Source: a virus (taxonomy: Duplodnaviria; Caudoviricetes). Taken from it: a stretch of DNA of 64,000 nucleotides. The stretch is from positions 32,001 to 96,000 of IMG/VR virus record IMGVR_UViG_3300021091_000001; one strand, given 5' to 3'. The position numbers and the translations under genes are program-made. This document shows, piece after piece, positions 27,022-35,930 of the stretch (the first letter of the stretch is position 1; each line of letters begins with the position of its first letter). The notes under the pieces are model-generated. The model was not told where the DNA came from, did not search any database, and was given only the letters and a program-made list of their open reading frames with translations.

Positions 27022-27276
27022 ATGTCTACTGCAATAATGATTACGTCTTCACCAGAAGATTTAAAAGTTTTGAAAACTACCATGAATATCATTTCTTTTA
27101 TGAAAGAGATGATTGTAAAAGGTACTTCTCAATTTTATCTCGATTACAGTTCTTCTGTTATCACCCCAGAAGATATTAATGCTCTTGACATTTATTACAA
27201 CAATATGTATACTTTTCTTTGCAACCCTGGTATGACACAAGAAGAGTATTCGTTGTATGAATCGTCAAACACCTAA
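27022..27276 (+). CDS. Hypothetical protein
   Basis: AAGG RBS. Confidence 0.65.
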   Translation: MSTAIMITSSPEDLKVLKTTMNIISFMKEMIVKGTSQFYLDYSSSVITPEDINALDIYYNNMYTFLCNPGMTQEEYSLYESSNT

Positions 27277-27422
27277 ACAACCTCACACCTACAAAGAACG
27301 AAACAGAAAATGTTCTGATTGTTTTATTGTTTCTTCTTTTGTTAATAGATCCATAAAATACAAAGTTTTGCTTTGTATGGATTGTTTAAAAGAAAGAATG
27401 ATCAGCAGTTCTTTGTAGGCAT

Positions 27423-27508
27423 GCCCGAGTGGCGGAATAGGCAGACGCAAGAGACTTAAAATCTTTCGCCCCTTACCGGGCGTGCCGGTTCAAGTCCGGC
27501 CTCGGGTA
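27423..27508 (+). tRNA. tRNA-Leu(TAA)
   Basis: Cloverleaf with long variable arm, anticodon loop CT-TAA-AA. Confidence 0.93.
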
Positions 27509-27546
27509 CTACATGTGCAAACAATTTTGTGCTAGAATAGGATTTT

Positions 27547-28269
27547 ATGAATTTCGTTCTTTTTTCTTATCCTAGAACTGGTTCTACAGTTCTTCAAAGA
27601 TTAATAAATACAAGTGATAATTTTATTTGTATTGGCGAAAAACCACGAGTCATAAATAATCTTTATTCTTTTTTTGCTAGTGTTAATGACGCAATGACTG
27701 TAGTTGCGGATGGTCTTTTTCCTGGTATACCTATTGATGATGATAGAAATCCTGTTTATCTTTCAGATAAAGTGGATCTTGATTTGTTAGCTGATGATAT
27801 AAAGCATTTGTATCTTAAGCATATACTCGGTGTTGTTCAATCCCAAAATGTAGGATGGAAAGAAACGTTTATTTCTCCTTACCCTAATGTATCTCTAGCT
27901 AATAGACAAGTAAATTTTTTGCGCAGACTTTTTCCTGACATGTTATTTATACTTAATGTTAGGGATCCATATAAATGTTCTTTGTCTCCGATTTGGCAGT
28001 GTGTGCCAGATGCATTGGACGAATTGATTCAAACTAAAAATTGGATTATTCAAGGCTACAAAGATGGATTGTTTGGTTTAAATTCTATTCTCTTAGATTA
28101 CGATCATTGGTCTGTTGATCCTTCTGATCTTATCAATCAGTTTCTTTCTCTAGGTATCAACTTAGATATAGAACAGTCTAATAAAGTCTTATCTGAAAAG
28201 TTAAATCATCTTTCTTATGTTAGTCCAGAACTTGCTGCTTGGACCAGAAAAATAAAAAGAGGAATTTAA
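27547..28269 (+). CDS. Sulfotransferase-family protein
   Basis: N-terminal PAPS loop SYPRTGST; LNVRDP. Confidence 0.7.
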   Translation: MNFVLFSYPRTGSTVLQRLINTSDNFICIGEKPRVINNLYSFFASVNDAMTVVADGLFPGIPIDDDRNPVYLSDKVDLDLLADDIKHLYLKHILGVVQSQNVGWKETFISPYPNVSLANRQVNFLRRLFPDMLFILNVRDPYKCSLSPIWQCVPDALDELIQTKNWIIQGYKDGLFGLNSILLDYDHWSVDPSDLINQFLSLGINLDIEQSNKVLSEKLNHLSYVSPELAAWTRKIKRGI

Positions 28270-28278
28270 ATTTCATAT

Positions 28279-28351
28279 TCCCAGGTAGCTCAGATGGCAG
28301 AGCAGCGGACTGTTAATCCGTCGGTCGCAGGTTCAATCCCTGCCCTGGGAG
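28279..28351 (+). tRNA. tRNA-Asn(GTT)
   Basis: Canonical cloverleaf TCCCAGG/CCTGGGA. Confidence 0.95.
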
Positions 28352-28394
28352 CTATGCAAAAAATAAATAAAGAATTAAAGCATTGGAGCCGATA

Positions 28395-28700
28395 ATGATT
28401 AAAAAAATTTCTAACGCTATTAACGCTGCTAAAGAAGCTTTTTCTCAGGATGTTTCTATCGAAGATATTAATAAATCTAAGATAGATTTTTATAAAGACT
28501 TTTCTTATGATCGATACGATAATACAATGGTTTATATTGTTTCTTATCGTGATTATGACAACTCTGTTAATTGGGGACCATTTTCCACAATGGAGCATGC
28601 ACAGAACTGGAACAAGAAGCTTGCAGAGAACTTCAATATGAAGGCTCAGGTTGTTTCAGTGCTTAGTCCTGATTCAGATCCCCTGTTGTGGATGTTATAA
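28395..28700 (+). CDS. Hypothetical protein
   Basis: GGAG RBS before ATG 28395. Confidence 0.6.
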   Translation: MIKKISNAINAAKEAFSQDVSIEDINKSKIDFYKDFSYDRYDNTMVYIVSYRDYDNSVNWGPFSTMEHAQNWNKKLAENFNMKAQVVSVLSPDSDPLLWML

Positions 28701-28754
28701 TAATATTTTAATTTTAATAAAATTATACTATATCAACTTTTGAAAAGGTTACCA

Positions 28755-29018
28755 ATGAGTAGACCCCTATGGTTTAATGATGCTTTATGTGTAGGAAAAA
28801 CTAATATGTTTTTTCCTCGTTACAACGAAAGACCTACCGCAAGAAAAAAGAGAGAACAGAAAGCAATACAAATATGTTTGTCTTGTCCTGTCAAAGAACC
28901 TTGTAGACAATATGCTAGAACACATTCTGAATATGGAGTTTGGGGAGCAGAGACAGAATACCAAAGACAGCTTGCTGGATATATCCCTGTTAAAATTTCT
29001 ATAAGGAACGTTTATTAA
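28755..29018 (+). CDS. whiB: WhiB-family transcription factor
   Basis: Cys pattern LC..MFF..IC..CPVKEPC and GVWGA turn. Confidence 0.88.
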   Translation: MSRPLWFNDALCVGKTNMFFPRYNERPTARKKREQKAIQICLSCPVKEPCRQYARTHSEYGVWGAETEYQRQLAGYIPVKISIRNVY

Positions 29019-29030
29019 ACGTGTACTTTT

Positions 29031-29056
29031 GACCCTTATAGCTCAGTTTGGAGAGA
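29031..29056 (+). pseudogene. tRNA 5'-half remnant
   Basis: GACCCTTATAGCTCAGTTTGGAGAG resembles the 5' end of the 31315 tRNA; no 3' half. Confidence 0.35.
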
Positions 29057-29223
29057 AGAATGACATCTCAGCTTCATGAAGATAAAAGGATTGACATTAT
29101 TGCTCACGCATTAGTTCATAAAGGTATATCTATTTGGCACGGGATTCCAGAGCATATTATTGAAGAACTTAAACTTCATGGTTACAAAATTAAAAAACGT
29201 AAATCTTATCGTAAACTGATTTA

Positions 29224-29296
29224 GGGTCTTTAGCTCAGTTGGTAGAGCAGCGGACTTTTAATCCGTTGGTCGTGGGTTCAACCCCCACAGGGCCCA
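29224..29296 (+). tRNA. tRNA-Lys(TTT)
   Basis: Canonical cloverleaf, loop CT-TTT-AA. Confidence 0.95.
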
Positions 29297-29298
29297 CT

Positions 29299-29571
29299 AT
29301 GACAAATCAAACATTAATTACTCAACTTCATGTAGGCGATATAGTAGGCGACACCGGAAGAATGGTTCTTGCTTATTCCAAAAAATATGATAGAATTCCC
29401 GGTGATACATATGACACATGGGTAGCTATTTGTTACCAATCAGGTGTACTACATCCTTATGTAGTTTGGAATATAATTTCTACACCTAGGGGTTTGATAG
29501 CTGAAACTGGAAATTATTGTTTAAACATAGAACAAGCAATCACTGCTTACAATAGGAGGGTGAACAAATGA
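29299..29571 (+). CDS. Hypothetical protein
   Basis: ATG just after tRNA-Lys, in frame with the track ORF. Confidence 0.65.
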   Translation: MTNQTLITQLHVGDIVGDTGRMVLAYSKKYDRIPGDTYDTWVAICYQSGVLHPYVVWNIISTPRGLIAETGNYCLNIEQAITAYNRRVNK

Positions 29572-29723
29572 ACGAACAAAAAACCGCCGTAGAACTTGTC
29601 GATCAAGCAATAAAAGATATCGCTGGTAGAGAAATTGTTTCTACTTCAGAGATGACTGATCTTTTGCTTGACATTCGTTTGTATCTCATGACAGAAGAAG
29701 CTACTCCTGCATATGAAAGCTAA
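29568..29723 (+). CDS. Small hypothetical protein (51 aa)
   Basis: AGGAGG RBS; overlaps both neighbours. Confidence 0.55.
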   Translation: MNEQKTAVELVDQAIKDIAGREIVSTSEMTDLLLDIRLYLMTEEATPAYES

Positions 29724-29946
29724 AGTTACAGTTGAGCTTGAATTGTACTTGCCCAATGAACTTTTAGATAAGACCGATAAAGAGGTTGTAGATTTTATAG
29801 ACCAAAGTCTTCGTGATCAACTTTATGTTGGTGTCGTCTATTGCGAAGAAGACCCTTGGCCATATGCTCAACCGTCAGAGCTTACAATTAGATCTTATTA
29901 TAATCTTGATCGTAAATACGACGATAGAGATTATAACCTATGTTAG
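29713..29946 (+). CDS. Hypothetical protein
   Basis: 77-aa ORF. Confidence 0.65.
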   Translation: MKAKVTVELELYLPNELLDKTDKEVVDFIDQSLRDQLYVGVVYCEEDPWPYAQPSELTIRSYYNLDRKYDDRDYNLC

Positions 29947-30052
29947 CGATAATGTAGACAGAGATCTACATCGCTGCCTTGGGAGTCAACAGTCCCCTTT
30001 AAGCCATACCAACCTAAGTGACTGGGCAATGCGCTTAGTGGCACTGTTAATT

Positions 30053-30247
30053 TTATTTGAAGTAGAACGAATCTTTGTTATAGCGTTCAAAGTCTTTAAT
30101 GGCATTAGAGCCATACTCGTATTCTTTGACCGCTTTATTTGCCATTCCAAAGATTCCTAATATTAATGTTGAAAGTATAGTTATTGTAAGCATGATGTAT
30201 ATAGTATCATCTTGATTCATTTTTTTATTTGCAGTTTTTTCAAACAT
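30053..30247 (-). CDS. Small single-pass membrane protein
   Basis: Only minus-strand ORF in this block with a plausible TM helix. Confidence 0.5.
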   Translation of the reverse strand: MFEKTANKKMNQDDTIYIMLTITILSTLILGIFGMANKAVKEYEYGSNAIKDFERYNKDSFYFK

Positions 30248-30283
30248 TGGTCACATGTGTCTAATGTTATATTAATTAAATGA

Positions 30284-30505
30284 TTGGACAATTGCATGAC
30301 AATAGACGATATTATTAGTCGACTTAGAATAAGTTCATCATTATTGGATGAAGATCTAAACAGCGATTTATATATTCGCAAACTTTTACCTCCAGCAGAA
30401 ATTTGTTTAGCTGCTGCTACAGAATTAGAGCTTCTTCAAGCTCGTTGTGTAGTTTATGAGGAAACCATCCGTCGATTGACGGCCGAGCTGAACCAAGTCA
30501 GATAA
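30284..30505 (+). CDS. Hypothetical protein
   Basis: 73-aa ORF, coiled-coil C-terminus. Confidence 0.6.
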   Translation: MDNCMTIDDIISRLRISSSLLDEDLNSDLYIRKLLPPAEICLAAATELELLQARCVVYEETIRRLTAELNQVR

Positions 30506-30527
30506 ACAAACAACAAAAAGGAAAACA

Positions 30528-30719
30528 ATGAAACCCGTTAAAATCCTTAAGTCAACTACAATCCTTGCAGCCTTTACTGGTTTGATTTTGAGTATATCTC
30601 TTTTCTTCAGCGGTGATACCAACGAAGATAAGCTTAATGGCATTTATGTTGGTATTTGGGTACCATCAATTCTTGCTCTTGGCACTTTCATGCTTGCATT
30701 AAAAGATAGGGACTGGTGA
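30528..30719 (+). CDS. Small two-helix membrane protein
   Basis: AAGGA RBS; GIYVGIWVPSIL. Confidence 0.75.
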   Translation: MKPVKILKSTTILAAFTGLILSISLFFSGDTNEDKLNGIYVGIWVPSILALGTFMLALKDRDW

Positions 30720-30922
30720 TTGTGTCTGAAGCAACTCTTTTCTGTTTTGGAGCGGTAATTTTTCTTATCGCTTTTACAGGAGCAATTCTATATGGTATGT
30801 CCGCCACGGAGCAGCGGTTTTTAAAGGAAACAAAACCTCAGACACGTAGCACTTGGGAAGTTTCTTCCAATGGTGTTATTAATGGCTCATTTCGTTCACG
30901 AAAAAAAGTAGGTCCTTCATGA
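30716..30922 (+). CDS. Small membrane protein
   Basis: GTGA overlap, N-terminal TM helix. Confidence 0.65.
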   Translation: MIVSEATLFCFGAVIFLIAFTGAILYGMSATEQRFLKETKPQTRSTWEVSSNGVINGSFRSRKKVGPS

Positions 30923-31110
30923 CAAGCAGAGATACTCATGACATTCAAGCTTATGCCGAAGAGTCTAAGGGAGAAAACATTCAGCCAGAACTTCTTGTAC
31001 AGTTAATGATCGAATCAGAACCATGTCTTTTTTTCAACAAGTCACAGCCTATTCCAGTCACTCAAATAGATAAAAAAATTATTGAATTTGAAAATTGGGG
31101 TGAAGGGTGA
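30919..31110 (+). CDS. Hypothetical protein
   Basis: ATGA overlap. Confidence 0.6.
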   Translation: MTSRDTHDIQAYAEESKGENIQPELLVQLMIESEPCLFFNKSQPIPVTQIDKKIIEFENWGEG

Positions 31111-31292
31111 CAACGACTGAATTTTTATGGTTTGCGTTTAGTTTATGCACAATGCTTGTTTTGGGCTGTCTGTTGATAAAACTGATGCTACGATCAATTA
31201 AACAACGAGTTTTAGAGTTGGAACTGAAACAGCGCAAACAGGAGCTACCTCAAATTCGACCCTTTGATAATGTGATTTGGCGTGAAGAATAA
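31107..31292 (+). CDS. Small membrane protein
   Basis: GTGA overlap, TM helix. Confidence 0.6.
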   Translation: MTTTEFLWFAFSLCTMLVLGCLLIKLMLRSIKQRVLELELKQRKQELPQIRPFDNVIWREE

Positions 31293-31314
31293 TTAGTGTC
31301 CAGATTTTAACTTA

Positions 31315-31391
<77 letters not shown>

Positions 31392-31410
31392 CAATGGAAG
31401 GTTTATAACT

Positions 31411-31671
31411 GTGTCTGTAGTGACTTTTTATCGTGTTGCTGGAAATCCAAACGTTTCTGCTCCAGCACACGTTTTTAGATCCTGTGTTGTATGTAGTAAT
31501 GAAGTTGTTTTTCTTATGACTCAAGATCAGTATGATCGTTGGCAGAAGAATAAAGAATACGTACAAGATGTTTTTTCTCATATTGAACCAGATATTCATG
31601 AGTGGATGATTTCTGGCACTCATCCTGATTGTTGGAACCAACTTATGGCACAGCACGATGCCCAGATATAA
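31411..31671 (+). CDS. Zinc-binding hypothetical protein
   Basis: CVVC...HPDCW. Confidence 0.65.
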   Translation: MSVVTFYRVAGNPNVSAPAHVFRSCVVCSNEVVFLMTQDQYDRWQKNKEYVQDVFSHIEPDIHEWMISGTHPDCWNQLMAQHDAQI

Positions 31672-31861
31672 TCTTAATCAAGATGATATTAAAATACTTG
31701 TAGATTCTCTAACCGCTAATATGTTAAATTGTTCATCTACAAAACAGTGGGAACGAATCAAAAAATTAAAAGATAGACTTTCTGCAAAGGTTGAAAATTT
31801 TGAACACCCTGTTATTTATGATGATCCGCTTTGGTCTTACTATCAGAGAAAAAATTTGTGA
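31658..31861 (+). CDS. Hypothetical protein
   Basis: Overlapping start. Confidence 0.6.
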   Translation: MPRYNLNQDDIKILVDSLTANMLNCSSTKQWERIKKLKDRLSAKVENFEHPVIYDDPLWSYYQRKNL

Positions 31862-31953
31862 TGTCGTATATCAACAAGTTAAAATACGGAGACATTAAAA
31901 CTTCTTACATGCCGGCTTAATATTATTTATTTTAATTAAAATTAGGAGTTTTT

Positions 31954-32424
31954 ATGGGCATGGATGTTTATGGCCGTAAGCCTAAAAACGACCTTGGTAA
32001 GTATTTTCGAGCCAATTTATGGTATTGGCGTCCTTTGTGGATGTATGTAGAACATGCTCATCCACTTATAGCATCAAGAGTAGAAAGTCCTCAGCTTAAT
32101 GATGGATCTGGTTTAAACTCTAAAGATTCATACACTTTAGCTCGTCTTTTAAAAAAAGATATTGAATCTGGTGCACTTGAAAAGTACATTGAAGATTTTC
32201 ATTCTTATCTTAATGCTCTTCCTTTAGAAGACTGCACATATTGTGATGAAAATGGGAATCTTTCTGCGACTATTTCCTCTGGAGCAACTTCTCTTGTTCA
32301 GTGCAACACCTGTAAAGGTACCAAGAAAAGAGAGTCTATTCTCACTTGGTACCGTATGAATCTTAATCTCATGAAAGAATTTCAACAGTTTCTTGAAAAC
32401 TGTGGCGGATTTGAGATTTGGTAA
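31954..32424 (+). CDS. Conserved phage-type protein with CxxC...CxxC insert
   Basis: MGMDVYG..YFRANLWYWRPLW; CTYC/CNTC; AGGAG RBS. Confidence 0.8.
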   Translation: MGMDVYGRKPKNDLGKYFRANLWYWRPLWMYVEHAHPLIASRVESPQLNDGSGLNSKDSYTLARLLKKDIESGALEKYIEDFHSYLNALPLEDCTYCDENGNLSATISSGATSLVQCNTCKGTKKRESILTWYRMNLNLMKEFQQFLENCGGFEIW

Positions 32425-32426
32425 GT

Positions 32427-32555
32427 TTGATGGTAGCTGGCTATGTAATCATTTATTCACCAACTTTTAAAACAAAGTTCAGAGTTAATGACGTTGCATG
32501 ACGGAACGAAGTAGTGATGTCAGTAGCCCCATATCGCTCCACTACCTACCATCAA
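32427..32555. ncRNA. Candidate structured intergenic RNA
   Basis: 10-bp closing stem TTGATGGTAG/CTACCATCAA enclosing two further multi-helix arms. Confidence 0.35.
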
Positions 32556-32583
32556 TTTATTTTTATATTTTTATAGGAGATTT

Positions 32584-32847
32584 ATGAAACTCATCAAGCG
32601 TAATTCTACGGTTCATATTGCTTTGCAATATCTGTGCATGAAGCGAACATGGGTAACAAAAGAAAATCTTTTCGCATTATCTCCTACAAAGTATAATAAA
32701 GCCAGCGAAGCAGAAGAATCTTTGAATGAATTAGTTACAATGGGCTTTGCACGAAAAAATGATTTGTGCTATATTATTACTAATGACGGTATAAATTATT
32801 TACCTATAATTGTAAAAGAACAGAAATATATCCCTACAGGAGAATAA
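32584..32847 (+). CDS. Winged-helix-like hypothetical protein
   Basis: AGGAG RBS; LNELVTMGFARK..YIITNDG pattern. Confidence 0.6.
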   Translation: MKLIKRNSTVHIALQYLCMKRTWVTKENLFALSPTKYNKASEAEESLNELVTMGFARKNDLCYIITNDGINYLPIIVKEQKYIPTGE

Positions 32848-32897
32848 TGCCAACCACATATTTTCGAATATGCACTAGCCAACTAGAAATTTTTCTA

Positions 32898-32970
32898 GGG
32901 CTAGTAGCTCAGTGGTAAGAGCAGCATCCTTATAAGATGTTGGTCGCGAGTTCAATTCTCGCTTAGCCCA
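32898..32970 (+). tRNA. tRNA-Ile(TAT)
   Basis: Canonical cloverleaf GGGCTAG/TTAGCCC, loop CT-TAT-AA. Confidence 0.9.
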
Positions 32971-33011
32971 CTCTTGTACAAAAAACAGACCTTTAAAAGA
33001 TAGGAATATTC

Positions 33012-33686
33012 ATGCCCTCCTATTCTGACAATGATGATGATCTTTTTGAAGAATCCACAAATTCTTCGACCGATTCATCTTCATTTCATGATTTATTTGC
33101 TCACTCCAATTACTCTTCTGATACTTTTTCTAATTCTTTTGTAGAATCCACAAAAGATATACTTTCACCCAAGTCTATTGACTCTGATCAATTTCGTTAT
33201 CGTACCGGTATCGTTACTTCTTTCTATGAAGTTTGCAATCGGTTTTCGTTCGCAAATGATAATTTTTTAAGAGTTGAGTATGATTATCTCAACTCTATTT
33301 CTAACAATCATTTTAGCAAATTGCTTTATTTTGCTTTCTTAGAAGAAAGTATTATCAAACGCTTTTCTATTCAGAACTTTTTACGTGTTGTTATTGAAAC
33401 TGATAATAGCAAAGTATTTAAAGAAGCAGCAGAGCAACTTAAAATAAATGTCGATGACTTTTTTATTAGAGTTTATTTTGGTTCTATTTATAAACTTCTT
33501 AATCACGCAATAGACCGAAATATTGCTATATATGAAAAGCTTTGTACAGAACTTCAGAGACCACCAATGCAAGCTATTCTTGATAAGAATTATGATTCAC
33601 TAGATATTACTTTTGAATCACCTTCTTCTTATATTTTGAGAAGCTTTGATTCTATTAAAGAGTCTCTTGGTTTTAAAACTTTCTAG
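33012..33686 (+). CDS. Hypothetical protein
   Basis: 224-aa ORF, Ser/Asp-rich N-terminus. Confidence 0.75.
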   Translation: MPSYSDNDDDLFEESTNSSTDSSSFHDLFAHSNYSSDTFSNSFVESTKDILSPKSIDSDQFRYRTGIVTSFYEVCNRFSFANDNFLRVEYDYLNSISNNHFSKLLYFAFLEESIIKRFSIQNFLRVVIETDNSKVFKEAAEQLKINVDDFFIRVYFGSIYKLLNHAIDRNIAIYEKLCTELQRPPMQAILDKNYDSLDITFESPSSYILRSFDSIKESLGFKTF

Positions 33687-33698
33687 GAGGAGATATAA

Positions 33699-34094
33699 TT
33701 GTATCCTGAAAAGATTCCCAATTCTTTGACACCTTTGAATACTTTCAAGTTCAACTTGGAATCTTCACGTGATGTTAAAAAACAACTAGAGTCTCAAATC
33801 GCAAGTCTCGATGAACGTATTGAAAAGATCGTTGATCATTTTACAATCCAAGACATGCCGATTATACGTTTTATTCTTAATGTTTCTGAAGAACGTGAAG
33901 AACTTAAAAAAGTTTCTAGGGCATTGGATAGAATAGCAGATCTTATTCACGTTAAAAATGAACTACTTCCAAAACTAGAGGTAATCAAAATAGCGGAAAA
34001 AGATCCCAATTGGTTTGCATGGACTTTTGGTGATTTTGATTCTGATATTGATTCTGAATTACAAAACTTTACGGACGGAAATTTTGATGACTGA
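33699..34094 (+). CDS. Coiled-coil hypothetical protein
   Basis: AGGAGG RBS, TTG start; overlaps the E2-like gene start. Confidence 0.7.
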   Translation: MYPEKIPNSLTPLNTFKFNLESSRDVKKQLESQIASLDERIEKIVDHFTIQDMPIIRFILNVSEEREELKKVSRALDRIADLIHVKNELLPKLEVIKIAEKDPNWFAWTFGDFDSDIDSELQNFTDGNFDD

Positions 34095-35907
34095 TAATTT
34101 TAATTATACTCTTCTTTCTAAAGAAGACGGCACTTATGCTCTTCGGTCTGTTGTAACTTCTTTTGGCCTTGACCATGTGACTGACAAAGATATTGTATCT
34201 TTTTATACTACTTTTTCTCAATATGCTTCTTTTGACACTGGTCTTTTGCCTTTAGATGGTACTGGCATTCTTGCCATTCGCAATGCTGGTCCACATACTC
34301 AAGTTGTTGCTCAACATGCTCCTGGATTGTATTATATAAATTGGGGTAGTTTTGAAGGCGACAAGCAAGCTAAGGCATACTATGTCGCTCAACCTTATCG
34401 CATAATTATTGGCGACTTTAGAGATGGTAATCTTTTAGGCGCTAGAATGTTTTATTCTCCTGTGCCAATCACCTCTCCTCAAAATCAGCTCTATCATGTT
34501 AACCTTCCCAATATTAATTGCAAAGGTTATCGCGGCAATGCTGTAGGCTGGATTTGTCTTTATCATAAAGATGATTGGTCTCATCTTCCATTTAACGAAA
34601 AAGTATCACGTTTCATTGAACGTTGTTCTGGCGTAGAAACATACAACGATGCAAATATGAACGAGACAGATGGTCCTCGTTTCTATGATTCTTGCGGATA
34701 TCCTTCTTATATTACTGATCCCGTTCTTTGGCAAAAGAAGTCAGAGGAAGAGGGATATCAATGGACTTTAGATTCTTCTGTTTGGATTCCAGTAAAAGTT
34801 ACTGGAATTGATAATCAGGGTTGCCATAATCCCAAAGGTGAATTACTCACTTTGGGAATGGCTATCTTGGGAAACTATCAAGCTTATTATACAGATACTG
34901 AAATCCCCAAGATGTACAATATTGTTTCTCGTCTTGATTTTACTGTTAAGAACGACAACATAGCTGACTTCTTTAAAAAGTCATTTGCTTCTGCTCCCTC
35001 TATTTGGTCTCACACCCCTAAAGATAATCCTTATGCTTTCACTGTAGAATCTAGAATCAATAATTCTTCAGAAACCCTTCAGTTGAATTTTAATTCTGAT
35101 GAAGAAGATCCCCATAAGGCTGTTTGCAATAATTGTGATGAGGTCTTTGACTATGAAGTAGCTACTATCGATGCGTACGATGAAACTATTTGTCCTAGTT
35201 GCATTAATGATCGTTATGTATACGTAGAATCTGTAGGTAAATATTTTCATTGTGAAGATGAAGATCTTTATTATTCAGAACATGATGATAACTACTACCA
35301 TTCTAAGCACGATGTTTGTTTTCATTGTCCAAATTGTATGGTCACTTATGGTTATTCAGGTACCAGTGAAAAAGCCGTTGAGTATATTCACAATTTAACT
35401 CGTAAAGACAATTATTCTGAATTAATTTGCGCAGTTTGTTTTGATCGAAATATTGAAGAAAATGATCTTTCTTCTACTGAATGTGTTGTATGTAAGAAGA
35501 AAGTTATTACATCTGTTGGATGGAATGATGTTCATCCTACTGTAAGAACCATTGATCATGATGTAGATTCAAATACTTATACTTCTACTTATTCTACATT
35601 TTGTGAAAGTTGTTCTCCTAAGCACTTTGTTTGTCCTTGCGGAAAAGTTAAGTCAGACGATACTGAAGATTTTAATTCTTGTAGTTCCAGTATGATTTAT
35701 TCTGAGTTAGATGCTAATAATAAACTTGTTTTTACGGCTTCTGTTCATCAGTGCTGTGCAAGTTGTCTTTCAGCGCCTATTCTCCAAGATGGAGAACTAG
35801 TAGCTGCTTATGTCCCACCTCCAGAAGTATTTAAGCTTGTCGTCAATAATAAATTGTTTAATTCTACTGGAATTACTGTTATTCAGTCAGAAGATGGTTT
35901 ATTCTGA
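34087..35907 (+). CDS. Prokaryotic E2-like (E2 family D/PRTRC protein B-like) protein with C-terminal CxxC repeats
   Basis: QLYHVNLPNIN..GWICL resembles the E2 HPNI..G.ICL active-site region (Cys codon 34555); several CxxC pairs after it; context. Confidence 0.7.
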   Translation: MTDNFNYTLLSKEDGTYALRSVVTSFGLDHVTDKDIVSFYTTFSQYASFDTGLLPLDGTGILAIRNAGPHTQVVAQHAPGLYYINWGSFEGDKQAKAYYVAQPYRIIIGDFRDGNLLGARMFYSPVPITSPQNQLYHVNLPNINCKGYRGNAVGWICLYHKDDWSHLPFNEKVSRFIERCSGVETYNDANMNETDGPRFYDSCGYPSYITDPVLWQKKSEEEGYQWTLDSSVWIPVKVTGIDNQGCHNPKGELLTLGMAILGNYQAYYTDTEIPKMYNIVSRLDFTVKNDNIADFFKKSFASAPSIWSHTPKDNPYAFTVESRINNSSETLQLNFNSDEEDPHKAVCNNCDEVFDYEVATIDAYDETICPSCINDRYVYVESVGKYFHCEDEDLYYSEHDDNYYHSKHDVCFHCPNCMVTYGYSGTSEKAVEYIHNLTRKDNYSELICAVCFDRNIEENDLSSTECVVCKKKVITSVGWNDVHPTVRTIDHDVDSNTYTSTYSTFCESCSPKHFVCPCGKVKSDDTEDFNSCSSSMIYSELDANNKLVFTASVHQCCASCLSAPILQDGELVAAYVPPPEVFKLVVNNKLFNSTGITVIQSEDGLF

Positions 35908-35930
35908 ATCAACAAAATATTGGAGATTTT

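Noticed and set aside
29239-29298. N-terminal extension of the 29239 ORF
   Set aside because: Overlaps tRNA-Lys; ATG at 29299 is the plausible start
29945-30050. Novel ncRNA from stacked hairpins
   Set aside because: Lies between converging genes (29946 + and 30053 -), so bidirectional termination explains it; no known motif recognised
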